Source: an uncultured Planctomycetaceae bacterium (GTDB taxonomy: Bacteria > Planctomycetota > Planctomycetia > Pirellulales > PALSA-1355). Taken from it: a DNA stretch of 64,000 bases. The translations under genes were made by a program, and so were the position numbers. The notes below the pieces were generated by a model, which had not been told where the DNA came from, did not search any database, and saw only the letters and a list, made by a program, of their open reading frames with translations. Shown in pieces: positions 32,106 to 44,211 of this stretch; positions within the stretch are counted from its first letter, which is position 1, and each line of letters begins with the position of its first letter. Location of the stretch: the NCBI GenBank assembly GCA_963785305.1, contig CAWAUV010000005.1, positions 704,001 through 768,000 on the forward strand, in the 5' to 3' direction.

Positions 32106-33156
32106 ATGCGCCGTTTCATCTGTCGCGATATCTCGCTACTCGCGTTATTGCTCCTTGCGATGTCGTCGATGGGCGGCGCCGGCGTGGCGCGGGCCCAAGG
32201 CGATATCGAAAAATCGGCGGGCGAAATGGTCACTCCGGCCACCTCGCGGGCAATCGAGCGCGGCTTGGCCTTGCTCGCCGCGCGGCAAGAAGAAGACGGC
32301 AGCTTCGGCTCCGGCGGATATAGCCGCAATGTGGCGGTGTGCGGACTCGCGGGCATGGCCTTCATGGCTTCGGGCAGCACTCCCGGCCGCGGACCCTACG
32401 GCAAGCAGGCCAACCGCTGTGTCGACTTCGTGTTGGCCAACGCCGACGAGAGCGGCTTTATCAATGTGTCCAACGCGAGCAGCCACGGACCGATGTATGG
32501 CCACGGCTTCGCCACGTTGTTTCTCGCCGAGAGCTACGGCATGACCCGCCGCGCCGATATTCGCGACAAATTATCCAAGGCCGTGAATCTGATCGTCACC
32601 ACGCAAAACAACGATGGCGGTTGGCGCTATCAACCCAAACGCTTCGACGCCGATCTCTCGGTCACGATCGCGCAGGTCATGGCCCTCAGGGCCGCGCAAC
32701 GCGGGCATTTTCGTGCCGCGCGAGACCATCGATAAAGTCACCGAGTATGTCAAGCGGAGCCAAAATCCCGATGGCGGGTTCATGTACATGGTCACTGGCG
32801 GCCAGAGCGCGTTTCCCCGTTCGGCGGCCGGGGTCGTGGCGCTGTATAGCGCCGGAGTGTATGAAGGCCCGGAGATTCAAAAAGGGCTCGACTATCTGAT
32901 GAACTTCCAACCGCAAGGCGCCGACTTCAATCGCGAAAGTCATTATTTCTATGGGCATTACTATGCCGTGCAAGCCATGTGGCACGCTGGCGGCGACTAT
33001 TGGACACGCTGGTATCCGGCGGTGCGCAACGCGCTGATCGCCCGGCAATCGGAAGACGGCTCCTGGATGGATTCGATCTGCCAAGAATACGGCACGGCCA
33101 TGGCCTGCATCGTGCTTCAGATTCCCAACAATTACCTCCCGATCTTTCAGCGATGA
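32106..33156 (+). CDS. Prenyltransferase/squalene-oxidase (QW-like) repeat protein (frameshifted)
   Basis: RQEEDGSF, MYGHGFATLFLAE, TQNNDGGWRY, SQNPDGGFMY, RQSEDGSW. Confidence 0.85.
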
Positions 33157-34419
33157 CACCATTTCGAGCAATGCATGGGCGCTTCTCGCGGCGAGCGGCT
33201 TGTTCCGTGTCGTCGTGCGTCAAGGCGTGGGTGATCGTCGCGATCGCGGGGTTCCGCGTCGTGGCGGGCAATGCGCTCGCCGCCGAGTCGAGCGCGATTC
33301 CCGTCGAAGGATCGCCATTTGCCGCGAGATTGACGCGGGTGGCCGCTCCCTGGCGTCTTGAATTTTCCACTTCCGCCGGGCCACGCGAGCTCGCGGCGGC
33401 CGACCTCGTGGCGTGGGGAGGTTTTGTCGATTCCAGCCATGGAACCGAAATATTGCTTGAGGGCGGCGGCTTGCTCGTGGCCGATGTCAAATCGCTCGAA
33501 AAAGAAACGCTCGCTTGCGATGGCGACGTGATCGGCGCCGTGAAGTTGCCGCTCGAATCCGTGACCGGCGTGCTCTGGCGTCCGCCGGCCGAACGCGCCG
33601 CGCATGACGCCTTGCACCGTCGGATGCGCGAAGCCACCGGCGCCGACGATCGCGTGCTGCTCGACAATGGCGACGAGCTCCGCGGCGCCATCGCCGCGCT
33701 CACCGAGGACCGTCTCACGATCGACACCGCCGCCGGGCCCACGCGAGTCGAACTCGCCCGGGTCGTGGCCGTGGTGTTTAATCCATCGCTCGCCGCGCGC
33801 ACCCGACTTTCAGAGCTTCGGGCGATGCTGGGCCTCGCCGATGGCTCGCGATTGCTGGCCACGCAATTGAAACTAACCGGCGGCGTGGCCGAGATCAACG
33901 CGCTGGGCGTCGGCGCCATCAAGCTGGGGGTCGAGCAGCTCGTGGCGCGTGCAGCCGCTCGGCGGCAAGGCGGTGTATCTCTCGGACCTCGCGGCCGCCT
34001 CTTATAAACATATTCCCTACCTGCAACTCGCATGGCCCTATGAGCAAGACTTCAATGTGCTCGGGGGGGCGTTGCGATCCGGCGGCGCGGTGTATCTCAA
34101 AGGGCTCGGGCTCCACGGCGCGGCGCGGCTGACCTATGATCTCGAGCGACCCTATCGGGCCCTGCAAGCCGAACTGGCCATCGACGACGTGGCCGCCGGC
34201 CATGGCAGTGTCGACGTGCGAGTGTTCGTCGATACCGGCGCCGGCCGCTGGGAACCCCGCTATGCCAGCCCCACCGTGCGCGGCGGGCAGGCGCCCGTGG
34301 CCATGTCGGTCGACCTCACCGGCGTCAAGCGGATTAGCCTACTCGTGGAATTCGCCGATCGCGGCGACGAACGCGATGAGGCCGATCTGTTGAAACGCGC
34401 GCCTCATCAAGTAATCTAG
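33153..34419 (+). CDS. NPCBM/NEW2 carbohydrate-binding domain protein (frameshifted)
   Basis: DRVLLDNGD repeat region; C-terminal AVYLSDL...KGLGLHG...VDLTGVKRISLLVEFADRGD. Confidence 0.75.
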
Positions 34420-34448
34420 TGCTCGGTCACAGCTTAAAACCGGGGCTC

Positions 34449-34521
34449 CATGCCCGCGATTGCGTGGGCATGCTTGGATGGTCACCGCGATAAGCCATGC
34501 CCAAGCGAGCTTGGGCATGGC
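34449..34521. repeat. REP-like palindromic doublet
   Basis: CATGCCCGCGATTGCGTGGGCATG (34449..34472) and GCCATGCCCAAGCGAGCTTGGGCATGGC (34494..34521) share CATGCCC/GGGCATG arms. Confidence 0.7.
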
Positions 34522-34550
34522 ACAAGATTACTGAATCCGAGGAGTGCATC

Positions 34551-36106
34551 ATGTTGGGTTCGCTCGAGGCATGGCTTCGCGCCCCGCGGTGGTTTGCGCG
34601 ACTGGCGATCGTCGTGGCGATGGCGACGATCGCTCCCGCGATGGTTTCCCGCGCCGACGAGCGGCCCGGCATGACCTATGTCGCGCTCTGGTTCGACACC
34701 GAGGACTATCTCCTGCCGGCCAGCGACGACGCCGCGCTTCGGCTGGCCGACTGGCTAACCGAGCGGCATATTCGCGCCACGTTCAAAGTCGTGGGCGAAA
34801 AAGCGCGAGTGCTCGAATCGCGCTCGCGGAGCGATGTGATCGCCGCGCTCAGCGCCATGAGATCGGGTACCACGCGAACTGGCATAGCGTGCCGCCGACT
34901 CCGGCGGAATATTGTTCGTCACTCGGTTGGCACGAGGGGGTTATCGAGTTCGATCGCCGCGAACGGCCGGGCTTCGACGATGTGACGCGAGTCTTCGGCC
35001 AGCGGCCAAGTTGCTACGGCCAGCCGGGCAGTTCCTGGTCGCCACAGAGCTACGAGGCGATGCGAAGCTGGGGCATGCAAGTCTATCTCGACGCAGGCAA
35101 ACATGTCGGCGTCGACGATCGGCCCTGCTATTACTGCGGGGTGCTGAACCTGTATCGCCTGGCCACGACCCAGCGCTGCGAGCTTGGCGGCGGCGCCGAT
35201 CTCGAAGCGGCCCAGAAACGATTTCTCGACACCGATCGCGCGCTTTGCGCCGCGGGCGGTGGACTCGTGAGCATCTACTATCACCCGTGCGAGTTCGTGC
35301 ATGAAAGATTTTGGGACGGCGAGAACTTCAGCCACGGCGCCAATCCTCCGCGGAAGGATTGGAAACTCCCGCCGATGAAATCGCCGGAAGCGCGCGAGAC
35401 CGCCTTCGACATCTTCACCAGCTATATCCGCTTCATCCAGCGTTTGCCCAATGTGCGATTCGTCACCGCTTCCGATACCGCGCGACTCTATCGCGACCGC
35501 TCGCGGCAGCGCAAGTTTTCCAAACCGGACATTCGCGCGATCGCCGGGAATGTAACCAAGGACATCACATTTCAGCAGCGCGAGGACTACGCGCTCTCGG
35601 CCGCCGAAATCCTGGAGCTGGTCAATCGCTATGTCGCGCTCTGCGCCTCGGGCGCGACGCCCGAGTGGATTCAAACGCCGGGCAGTCCGCTCGGGCCGGC
35701 CGATCCCGTGAGCCCGCAAAGCGGCGAACTGTCGGTCGATTGGACGCGGTTCGTCGAGACGGCCAAGGATGTCGACGGATATTTGCGGCGCCATGGTCAG
35801 GCGCCGCCGGTCGTGTGGCTAGGCTCGAGCGGCGTTTCGCCCGAGACATGGCTTCTGGCGGTGGCCGGCGTGGCCTGCGACCTGATCGACGAACGTCCCG
35901 CGCCCAGTCGAGTGAAGTTCGGCCCGGCGCGATTAGCCGCGGCCGATCAGGTCGCCGACGATGGACCCGGTATTTGGAAATGGGTTATCTTTCCCGATGG
36001 GTTCCATGCCCCGGCCATGATGGAACTGGCCAAGCGCCAAGCGTGGACACTCAAGCCGGCCGTGCTCCACGCGGCCGATGAGCTCACGAGCGATCCGGCT
36101 CGATAG
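34551..36106 (+). CDS. Secreted polysaccharide deacetylase (CE4/NodB-like) family protein (frameshifted)
   Basis: [37 protein letters not shown]. Confidence 0.65.
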
Positions 36107-36184
36107 ATGACGCGGCGTGGCAATCGACATTGGCCCGCGCTTCGGAAGTCATCAAAAACCTCTGACTCAAACAACGACCCGCAA

Positions 36185-37024
36185 ATGACAAAGCTTCAAT
36201 CGATTCTCGATTTTCTCGAAATGTTCGCGCCGCTCGCGCTCGCCGAGTCGTGGGACAATGTCGGGCTTCTCGTGGGCGATCCGCTGGCGAATGTCGAGCG
36301 CGTGATGACCTGTTTGACGATCACTCCCGACAGCGCCGACGAAGCGATTCGAGAACGCGCGGACCTGATTCTCACCCACCATCCGCTGCCATTTCGTCCG
36401 CTGAAGCGACTGACCACCGCGACGCCCGAAGGTCGCATATTGCTCGATCTCATTGCCTATCGGGTGGCAATTTATAGCCCGCACACGGCCTTTGACTCGG
36501 CCCGCGCGGGAATCAACCAGCAATGGGCCGAGGGACTCGGGCTCGGGGGCGCGCGGCCATTTGCTCTCGGCGGTGGTTCGGCCGCGGAGGAAGTCGCGAG
36601 CGGCGGCGCGGCTTCGAAGGCCAGCGAAACCGGCGCCGCGGGTAGCGGTCGCTTTGGCGAACTAGCCGAGAGAATTTCCCTTGGCGAACTGGCCGAGAGA
36701 ATCAAGCATTTTCTACGCATCGAACGCGTGCGGATCGTTGGTCCGGCCGATGCGCCGGTGCGACGGGTGGGAATTGGCTGCGGCGCGGGCGGCGAGTTGA
36801 TTCCCGCGGCGCTCGCGGCCGGATGCCAAGCATTCGTCACCGGCGAGGCCCGCTTTCACAGTTGCCTGGAAGCGCAAGGCGAAGGACTCGGCTTGGTGCT
36901 TACCGGGCATTATGCCAGCGAGCGATTCGCGGTCGCGAACCTAGCCGATGTCGTTCGCGAGGAGTTTGCCGATCTCCAGGTTTGGGCAAGCTGCGCCGAG
37001 GCCGATCCGCTCGCCTGGCGTTGA
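36185..37024 (+). CDS. Nif3-like dinuclear metal protein (YbgI/DUF34)
   Basis: AESWDNVGLLVG, LILTHHPLPF, YSPHTAFD, FVTGE, GHYASE. Confidence 0.92.
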   Translation: MTKLQSILDFLEMFAPLALAESWDNVGLLVGDPLANVERVMTCLTITPDSADEAIRERADLILTHHPLPFRPLKRLTTATPEGRILLDLIAYRVAIYSPHTAFDSARAGINQQWAEGLGLGGARPFALGGGSAAEEVASGGAASKASETGAAGSGRFGELAERISLGELAERIKHFLRIERVRIVGPADAPVRRVGIGCGAGGELIPAALAAGCQAFVTGEARFHSCLEAQGEGLGLVLTGHYASERFAVANLADVVREEFADLQVWASCAEADPLAWR

Positions 37025-37353
37025 TCCACCGCCCGAGCGACGGTCGCATGCTTCCCAAAGCGCCCGAATCGACCGCCGCGGTCGTAATTGCTGCCGTGCT
37101 TGCAGTTTCTGACGGCTGCCGAACTCTTTCCATGCATATGGTCCACGTCGGGCGGCGCCGCGAAAGTGTCCAGCGCCTAAGTGCTTTTCCCATATGGCCA
37201 AGTCGCCGTTTGCCGTCTATGGTTTACAATGCTTCGCGAGTTTCGTGTTAGGAGTCGGGCGCGGCGCTGTATTCAATTACCGGGCGGGAACGTCCGCCCG
37301 CGTGTGGCGAGTTTCTGGAAACGCTTGGACGCCCTTCGGGCGGGATTTTTTTT

Positions 37354-38112
37354 ATGGCCATTCGATTTCTCACGGCGCTGCCGGTCTACAACGAAGTGTC
37401 GCATGTGAACCCGGTGCTCGACGAAGTGCTGCGTTATAGCCCCCATGTGCTGGTGGTCGACGACGGCTCGACCGATGGCACTCGAGAACTGCTGGCAAAG
37501 CGATCCGATATCAAGGTCGTTCGCCACGAGCGCAATCAAGGCTATGGCGCTGGTCTGCGGTCGGCCTTCGCCTACGCGCTCGAACACGAATTCGAGGCGC
37601 TGGTCACGATCGACTGCGATGGTCAGCACGAACCGAAGCGCATTCCCGAGTTTGTCGCCGCCACGGCCAAGGCGCCGGTCGTGTCGGGCAGTCGCTATCT
37701 GCAAACGTTCGCGGGCGACAGCTTGCCGCCCATCGAACGCCGACGGATCAATGTCGAAATCACCGCCGAACTGAATCGCCGGCTGGGATTCCAGCTCACC
37801 GATGCGTTTTGCGGCTTCAAAGCCTATCGGGCCGACGCCCTGGCCAAGCTCGATATTCACGAAACCGGTTACGCAATGCCGCTTGAAGCCTGGGCGCAAA
37901 TCGCCGCAGCCGGCCTCGAAGTGCTCGAGCTTCCGGTGCCGCTGATCTATCTGGACGAAGCCCGCTCGTTTGGCGGGTCGCTCGACAATGCGGGGGAGCG
38001 GCTGGCGTATTACTATAAAGTGCTCGAAAATAGCCTTGCGGTGGCCAAGACGCATGTTCCGGCGGCGGTATGGCCGGCGGTCGATGTCGCTCCGCGCGGT
38101 TGTCGGAGCTAA
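37354..38112 (+). CDS. Glycosyltransferase family 2 (DPM synthase-like)
   Basis: LPVYNE, VVDDGSTDGT, NQGYGAG, TIDCDGQHEP, DAFCGFKAYR. Confidence 0.9.
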   Translation: MAIRFLTALPVYNEVSHVNPVLDEVLRYSPHVLVVDDGSTDGTRELLAKRSDIKVVRHERNQGYGAGLRSAFAYALEHEFEALVTIDCDGQHEPKRIPEFVAATAKAPVVSGSRYLQTFAGDSLPPIERRRINVEITAELNRRLGFQLTDAFCGFKAYRADALAKLDIHETGYAMPLEAWAQIAAAGLEVLELPVPLIYLDEARSFGGSLDNAGERLAYYYKVLENSLAVAKTHVPAAVWPAVDVAPRGCRS

Positions 38113-38212
38113 TCTCGAATCGTCCGGCGCCAAGTTTGCTTTTGGGCGGATCGCCCCCCTGTAAGCGGCCGGCAATCCCCGATCTTTCCGCGTGTTCCAA
38201 CGAGGACGAACA

Positions 38213-39827
38213 ATGCTCATGGGCGAACAACTTCGGCATCGTCGGCTGCGAGCGCCGCGGGCCACGGGAGAAGCGCTCATCGAACCGCCGCTGGTCGAAG
38301 TCGATTCGCTGATGCGCCAAAACGCGGCCCGGCGATCGGCCGATTGCGAACTGCAAGGCCGCTCGCTCGCCGCTCTCGCCGCCGATGCCCGTCGTCAACT
38401 CACCGCGGCCGCGATTCGCTACACGCGAAGCTATCGCGATCTTCCCTCGGGCAACGAGGCGCTGGCCGCCGCCAGCGACCCGGAGCGACTGGCCGTCGCC
38501 GGCCACCAGCCGCAGTTGTTTCATCCGGGCGTGTGGTACAAGAACTTCGTGCTCAGCGAAATCGGCGCCCGGCCTAGCGCCCTGGCGATCAACCTGGTGA
38601 TCGACAGCGACACGTGCAAGACAACCAGCTTGCGCGTGCCGGGCGGGAATGTGGCGCGACCGCGTGTCGATGGCGTGGCGTTCGATGCGGCCGGGCCCGA
38701 GATTCCATTCGAGGAACGCGGCATTCTTGATCGGGAATGCTTCGCGAGCTTTGGACACCGGGCGACCGAACTGGCGCGTGAATTGGCGCCCGATCCGTTG
38801 TTGCGAGAATTCTGGCCGCTGGTGATCGAGCGAAGTCGTCGCGAATCGAATCTCGGGCTGTGTCTGGCCCAGGCGCGGCACATGCTCGAGGCGAGCTTCG
38901 GAGCAGCGACGCTGGAATTGCCGCAGAGCCAGGTCTGCGAGCTGCCGGCCTTTCATGAGTTCACGGCCCATTTGCTCGCGCATTTGCCGCGCTTTTGGGA
39001 AGTTTACAATGCGTCGATCAACGAATACCGAGTCATCAATCATCTGCGGAGTCGCTCGCATCCGGCGCCGGACTTGGCGGCCGAAGACGATTTTCTGGAA
39101 GCGCCTTATTGGATTTGGACTCGCGACAATCCTCGGCGGCGCCGCGTGTTTGTGCGCGCCGAGGGCGATTCGCTGTTGCTGACCGATCGGCGACGACTTG
39201 AAATCGCCTTGCCCCTCTCGAGCGACGCGGAGCCGGGACCGGCCATCGAAGTTTTGTCGCGGCTCGCCGAGCGCGGCATCAAGCTGCGCACCCGAGCGCT
39301 CGTGACGACGATGTTCGCGCGGCTGGTGCTCTCCGATGTATTCGTGCATGGCATCGGCGGCGCCAAATACGACGAAGTGAGCGACCTCGTGGTCCGACGG
39401 TTCTTTGGCGTCGAGCCGCCCGGCTATATCACCGCCACCGCCACGCTCCGGCTGCCGATCGAGCGCGAGGACCTGGGCGCCGAATCGCTCGGGCGGCTCA
39501 ACGGCCGACTGCGGGAACTGGAGTTTCATCCCGAGCGATTCTTTTCGGCGGCCGATCGCGCGAGCCGCCGATGCGCTCGCGACGAAACAGCACTGGATCG
39601 CGACCGAGCAAACTCGCGCGAATGCCCGCGGCCGGTGCCGGGCGATTCGCGCCGCGAACTCACAGCTCAGCGAACTGGTAGCGCCGCTACGAACCGCCGC
39701 GCTCGCCGCGCGAGATCAAATGGTCGAGCGCACAGCCGCGGAAAATTTGCTGAATTCACGCGAGTTCGCGTTTTGCCTGTTCCCAAGAAAAACGCTCGAG
39801 CGTTTTTTGTCGATCGGACTGGGGTAA
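38213..39827 (+). CDS. Conserved hypothetical protein, possibly BshC-like (frameshifted near 3' end)
   Basis: Long ORF with AGHQPQLFHPGVWYKNF and FVHGIGGAKYD motifs; C-terminus REFAFCLFP in ORF 39405..39827. Confidence 0.6.
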
Positions 39828-40944
39828 GCATCGGTCTGGGATAAGCGGAGTGTCGCGGCCACCGCGTGAGAAATCGCTTTTGTTACCGCGCCGTCGTTAC
39901 ATCTTCTGGCGTATATTTTTTCGTTCGCCGGGCCCGGCATCGCGGGTTCGAGTCCCGCTTCGGATTCTTCTTCCGCTTCGTGGATCGCCGCGGCCACATC
40001 GCCCCGGCTGCCGACGTAATAACATGCGCCGATGAGCGCGAGCAGGATCGTGATCAGGCGGTAGCCGAATGTCACGATCAGGCCCTGATCGCTGCCGGCG
40101 AGCTCGCGATACAGATAATCCATCACCCCTTCGAGGCGCCGAGCGCGCCCAAGGGCAGCGGCAACACGCCGGTGGTCATGCCCAGCGGCACGATCGCAAA
40201 ATGCTCGATGAGCGTCGGCGGCGAGCCGGGTAGCGCCCGGGCAATGGCGTAGAACGAAACCGTGGAAAGCGATTGCCCGACAATGCTCAAGAACCCGGCG
40301 GCGGCGAGCACGCGATATTTCGAGCGGTACATGTCGATCGAGGCGATCACCTTCGACGCCAACAGACCGACGAGCGGCAGATTCCGAAACCGCGCCGGCG
40401 TGATGACGCGTCCCACGGCCGGCAGCATCAGCATGGCAATGACCACGGCGCCGAGAATCGCGGCGGCGACCGCGCCATCGACAATCGGCTTGGCCTTGGC
40501 GGGCATCGGAGCGGCCACCACTCCGATCGCCGCCATGAGCACGAGGCAATAGAGTCCCAACACCCGATCGATGATCACGCTGGCCACGGCCTCGGTCCGC
40601 TGCCCATGTTGTTCGCGGGCCACGAACACCGCTTTGAACAGATCGCCGCCCACGGCGCCGACGGACACGAAATTCAAGAGGTAGCCGAGAAATCCGAGCC
40701 GAAACGCGTCGCGAAGGCGAAACTTAAGCTCAAGCGCCCGGGCCAGCGCCCACCAGCGGACAAACGAGATGGGCAGCGCCACGAGTGAGAGCAGAAAAGC
40801 GATGAGGAGCCAGTCCCAGTGCTTCGGCTGATCGCGGAGCTGGGCAAAATATTCATTTTTTTGGGCGTTGTAGACGACCCAGGCCAGAATGCCGCCGGAG
40901 ATGGCGAATTTCGCGAAATTGACGGCCAATTTTTTGGAATGCAC
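39716..40944 (-). CDS. UPF0104 / lysylphosphatidylglycerol synthase TM (flippase-like) protein (frameshifted)
   Basis: RWWAL...GYLLNFVSVGAVGGDLFKA...SVIIDRVLGL...LPLPLGALG; 3' end uncertain. Confidence 0.8.
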
Positions 40945-41051
40945 GCGGCGTCCTTGTTTCGATAATGCAGTGGGCCCCTCGCGCCCGCCACGGGGGAGGC
41001 CCGATGCCCGCGGGCAGGGTTTCCGAGCCAAGGGAGGCCTCGTTCCTATTC

Positions 41052-41080
41052 TTGACAGGCTCGGCCGGCAGTGCTAGGTT
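41052..41080 (+). promoter_or_regulatory. Putative sigma70 promoter for tRNA-Ala
   Basis: TTGACA-N17-TAGGTT, 45 nt upstream of the tRNA. Confidence 0.6.
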
Positions 41081-41125
41081 CTTGGTTTCGCCGGTGGCGG
41101 AAATAGTTGTACCGAGATTTGCATC

Positions 41126-41198
41126 GGGGGATTAGCTCAATTGGGAGAGCGTCTGGCTGGCAGCCAGAAGGTCAGGGGTTCAAATCCCCTATCCTCCA
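41126..41198 (+). tRNA. tRNA-Ala(GGC)
   Basis: Cloverleaf: acceptor GGGGGAT/ATCCTCC with G3:U70, anticodon arm TCTGG-CTGGCAG-CCAGA, T arm GGTTCAAATCC; CCA not encoded. Confidence 0.96.
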
Positions 41199-41641
41199 CT
41201 TCGAATTCATGATATTGCCCCGCCATTTGGGGCAAATTTCTCGCGAGATCCGACCGGCGGCCGCCACTGGCGTCGCCCGGGCCGAATTTCCGGTCTCCGT
41301 GGGCGGACTGGCCGCGCTAGCTCCGCGCCGCCCTCTCCCCCCCCCCGAGCTCATGCGACGCGCAATCGCCTCCCGCACTTCGTCGCGGCTTGAATGCATT
41401 GCCATCGCCGGCATTGGCGGTCTGTTTGTCGACCAGATCGCCGCCCCTCTTGGTCGCCTCGCGCCGCGGGCGTCTTCCCAAGTTCGCGTAAGAAAGCGAT
41501 CCATGGCCGGTAGTTTCCTCCAGAGGAGGAGCCGGCAGCGTTGCCGGTCGGGGCGGTTCGCGGTGGTTGTTTGCCGCCAACGGCTGCCCCCCTCGCGAGA
41601 CAGACGAACTGCAAACGCTAGCAAAACGGGGAGAGTCGGTC

Positions 41642-42866
41642 ATGATCGCCCAAAATCGCAATTCGCTTTTCATGCCGTTTCAACTTGGCCCTTACGCGCT
41701 TGCCCATCGGGTGGTGATGGCGCCGCTCACGCGGTTGCGGGCCGATCGGCTGGGAGACATGCCCAACGATCTGATGGCCAAGTACTACGGGCAACGCGCT
41801 TCGGCCGGCGGGCTCATCATCACCGAAGCCACCGCAATCTCGACCTTGGGTCGGGGCTATCTCGGCGCCCCCGGCATTTATGACGATGCCCAGATCGCGG
41901 GCTGGCGAAAAATAACTCAAGCGGTGCATGCCCGCGGCGGGCGGGTCTTTTTGCAGCTTTGGCATGTGGGTCGGCAATCGCATGTCGACATGACGCTGGG
42001 GCGAACTCCCGTGGCGCCATCGGTCGCGGCCCTATGAAGGCGTCGCGTTCACCGCCAACGGCTGGGTTCCGGTGTCGCCGCACCGGGCGTCGAGTTGCAC
42101 GAAATTCCCGGCATCGTCGGCGAATACGCCGCGGGCGCATCGCGCGCTCGCCGCGGGATTCGATGGCGTCGAAATTCACGGGGCCAACGGATACCTGCTC
42201 GATCAGTTCCTGCAAGATGGCAGCAACCACCGCGCCGACGCCTATGGCGGCTCGGTCGAGAATCGCGCTCGGCTGCTGTTGGAAGTCACGGGCGCGGTCA
42301 CTCGAGTGGCCGGCGCCGAGCGAGTGGGAGTTCGCTTGAGCCCCAGCGGCAGTTTCGGCGGCATGTCCGACAGCAATCCCCACGCGACAATCGACTACGC
42401 CGCGCGAGCACTCGATCGCTTCGGACTCGCGTATCTCCATATCGTCGAACCGCGGGTCGTGGGCTCCCAGGCCACGGCCGAGGGACTGGAGCCGGTCGCA
42501 TCGCCCGTGTTGCGAGGCGTTTTTCACGGTCCAATCATCGCGGCGGGCGGCTTCGAGCCGGCCGACGCCCAGGCGATCGTGGAAAGGGGCGACGCGGATT
42601 TCGTGGCCTTTGGTCGGCACTTTATCGCCAATCCCGACCTGCCGAAGCGCATCGAGCTCAACGCCCCATTCAATGCCTATGACCGCGATACGTTCTACGG
42701 CGGCGACGAACGCGGTTACACCGACTACCCGTTCCATGCACCCAACCGGCCGTGTGACGCGAGAGCCCGGAACGAAACGCCAGTTGGCGCGGAATTGCTT
42801 CTTGCGGGCGGTGTGTCGCGCCGAGCGCCGTTTCATTCGGAGCGAAGGCGGATTGCCGTTATTTGA
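41642..42866 (+). CDS. Old Yellow Enzyme alkene reductase, NemA-like (frameshifted)
   Basis: RVVMAPLTRLR, LIITEAT, LQLWHVGR, GFDGVEIHGANGYLLDQF, VAFGRHFIANPDL, GYTDYP. Confidence 0.9.
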
Positions 42867-44211
42867 AAGGATCGGGTTCGGCCGGGGGCTTGGGTTTGTC
42901 GGCGTCCATCGCGTCGCCGGCTTTGTCGTCGCCAGCCTTCATATCATCGGCCTTCATGTCGTCGCCCTTGGCGGGCTCGGCGGCTGGGTCTTCGTCGCCC
43001 TCGGCGGCCTTCTTGGGAATTGCCTTGATCTTGGCGGCAAGGTCGTCGTAGGCCGACGACGGAGGAGGTTCATGCACGAGCGGCTTCGAGAGCCCGATCT
43101 CGTGTAAACACTCGACAAGCCCGCTCGGGCCATAGCAAAAGATTCGATCGGTGCGATCGTTGTGCAGTTTCTTGAGCGTGGGATCGATCGGCAAGCTGGC
43201 CATGAGCGAACCGGTCGCGGCGTCGAGCGCCACGAGTCGCGAGGTTTTGTCGATGGCGTAAATTCGATTCTTGCTCTTGGCCACGAACTGCGTGATGCCG
43301 GGCGCCAGCCAGCGATCCTTGCCGGTCGCGGCGTCGAGGCAGAACATGCCCGCGAGTTGCGGCACGATATAGAGCTGGCCATCGACCGCGACGGGCGGCT
43401 CGCTAATCGGCTCGCCGGCGGAAAACCGCCAAACGGTCTGCGCCGATTTCTCATGCACCGCGTAGACATAGCCGTCGAGCGAGCAGGCGAAGAAGTAGGG
43501 AGTCCAATAAGCCGGTCGCGATTCGATCGGCGAGCGGGTTTGGAGGCGTCCGCCGATCAGCATCGGGTCCGACTTGGCCACATAGAGATTGCCTTTGTCG
43601 GTGGTCCAGCTCACGCTCTGCGCCGTGATCACGGGTTGATTGAAGATGCGTCCGAAGGATTGATAAATCCAAGGAGTTTGGGCGCCCTTATCCGAGAGCA
43701 CATAGCCTTCGAGCATGCCGGAAACCATCGGCACGAACACATGGGTCTTGGTGAGCACCGGCCCCGCGCCACATGCTCCCCGCATGCGCCGCGACCACTC
43801 GACCACGCCGGTCGAGCGATCGAGCAAATAGAGCGTCGAGCCGTTGACCGTGGCGACATAATGGGCGTTGGCGCCCGTGGCCAGACTAAGACGATCGGGC
43901 TGGCCGACTTCATGGGCCCAGAGCGTCTGGCCGGTTTCGGCGTTGATCGCATGCAGCATCGCGCCGCTGGTTTGCACGAAAAGCGTGTCGTCGGAAAGCA
44001 CCATGTGCGAGATCTGGTCCGAGGATCGCGCGACCGAGACTTGCGTGAACCAACTGCGCGTGAGACCGGCCCGCCGCGCGGCGGCGTCGGCAATGAGCGG
44101 CGATTGGGCGAAGGCCGGCGCCATCAGACCAGGGACCACGAGCGGCAAAGTGGCGCATGCGCGAAGAATCGCGAAAATCCAAGCGGCGGTGGCCGTGCGG
44201 CGGCGTGGCAT
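42859..44211 (-). CDS. PQQ-like/BamB-type beta-propeller protein
   Basis: Signal peptide; repeated LHAINAETGQTLW and FCLDAATGKDRW blades; acidic pentapeptide-repeat tail. Confidence 0.8.
   Translation of the reverse strand: MPRRRTATAAWIFAILRACATLPLVVPGLMAPAFAQSPLIADAAARRAGLTRSWFTQVSVARSSDQISHMVLSDDTLFVQTSGAMLHAINAETGQTLWAHEVGQPDRLSLATGANAHYVATVNGSTLYLLDRSTGVVEWSRRMRGACGAGPVLTKTHVFVPMVSGMLEGYVLSDKGAQTPWIYQSFGRIFNQPVITAQSVSWTTDKGNLYVAKSDPMLIGGRLQTRSPIESRPAYWTPYFFACSLDGYVYAVHEKSAQTVWRFSAGEPISEPPVAVDGQLYIVPQLAGMFCLDAATGKDRWLAPGITQFVAKSKNRIYAIDKTSRLVALDAATGSLMASLPIDPTLKKLHNDRTDRIFCYGPSGLVECLHEIGLSKPLVHEPPPSSAYDDLAAKIKAIPKKAAEGDEDPAAEPAKGDDMKADDMKAGDDKAGDAMDADKPKPPAEPDPFK

Noticed and set aside
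41199..41641. Possible integrative element at tRNA-Ala
   Set aside because: No integrase, no duplicated tRNA 3' end and no obvious composition shift.
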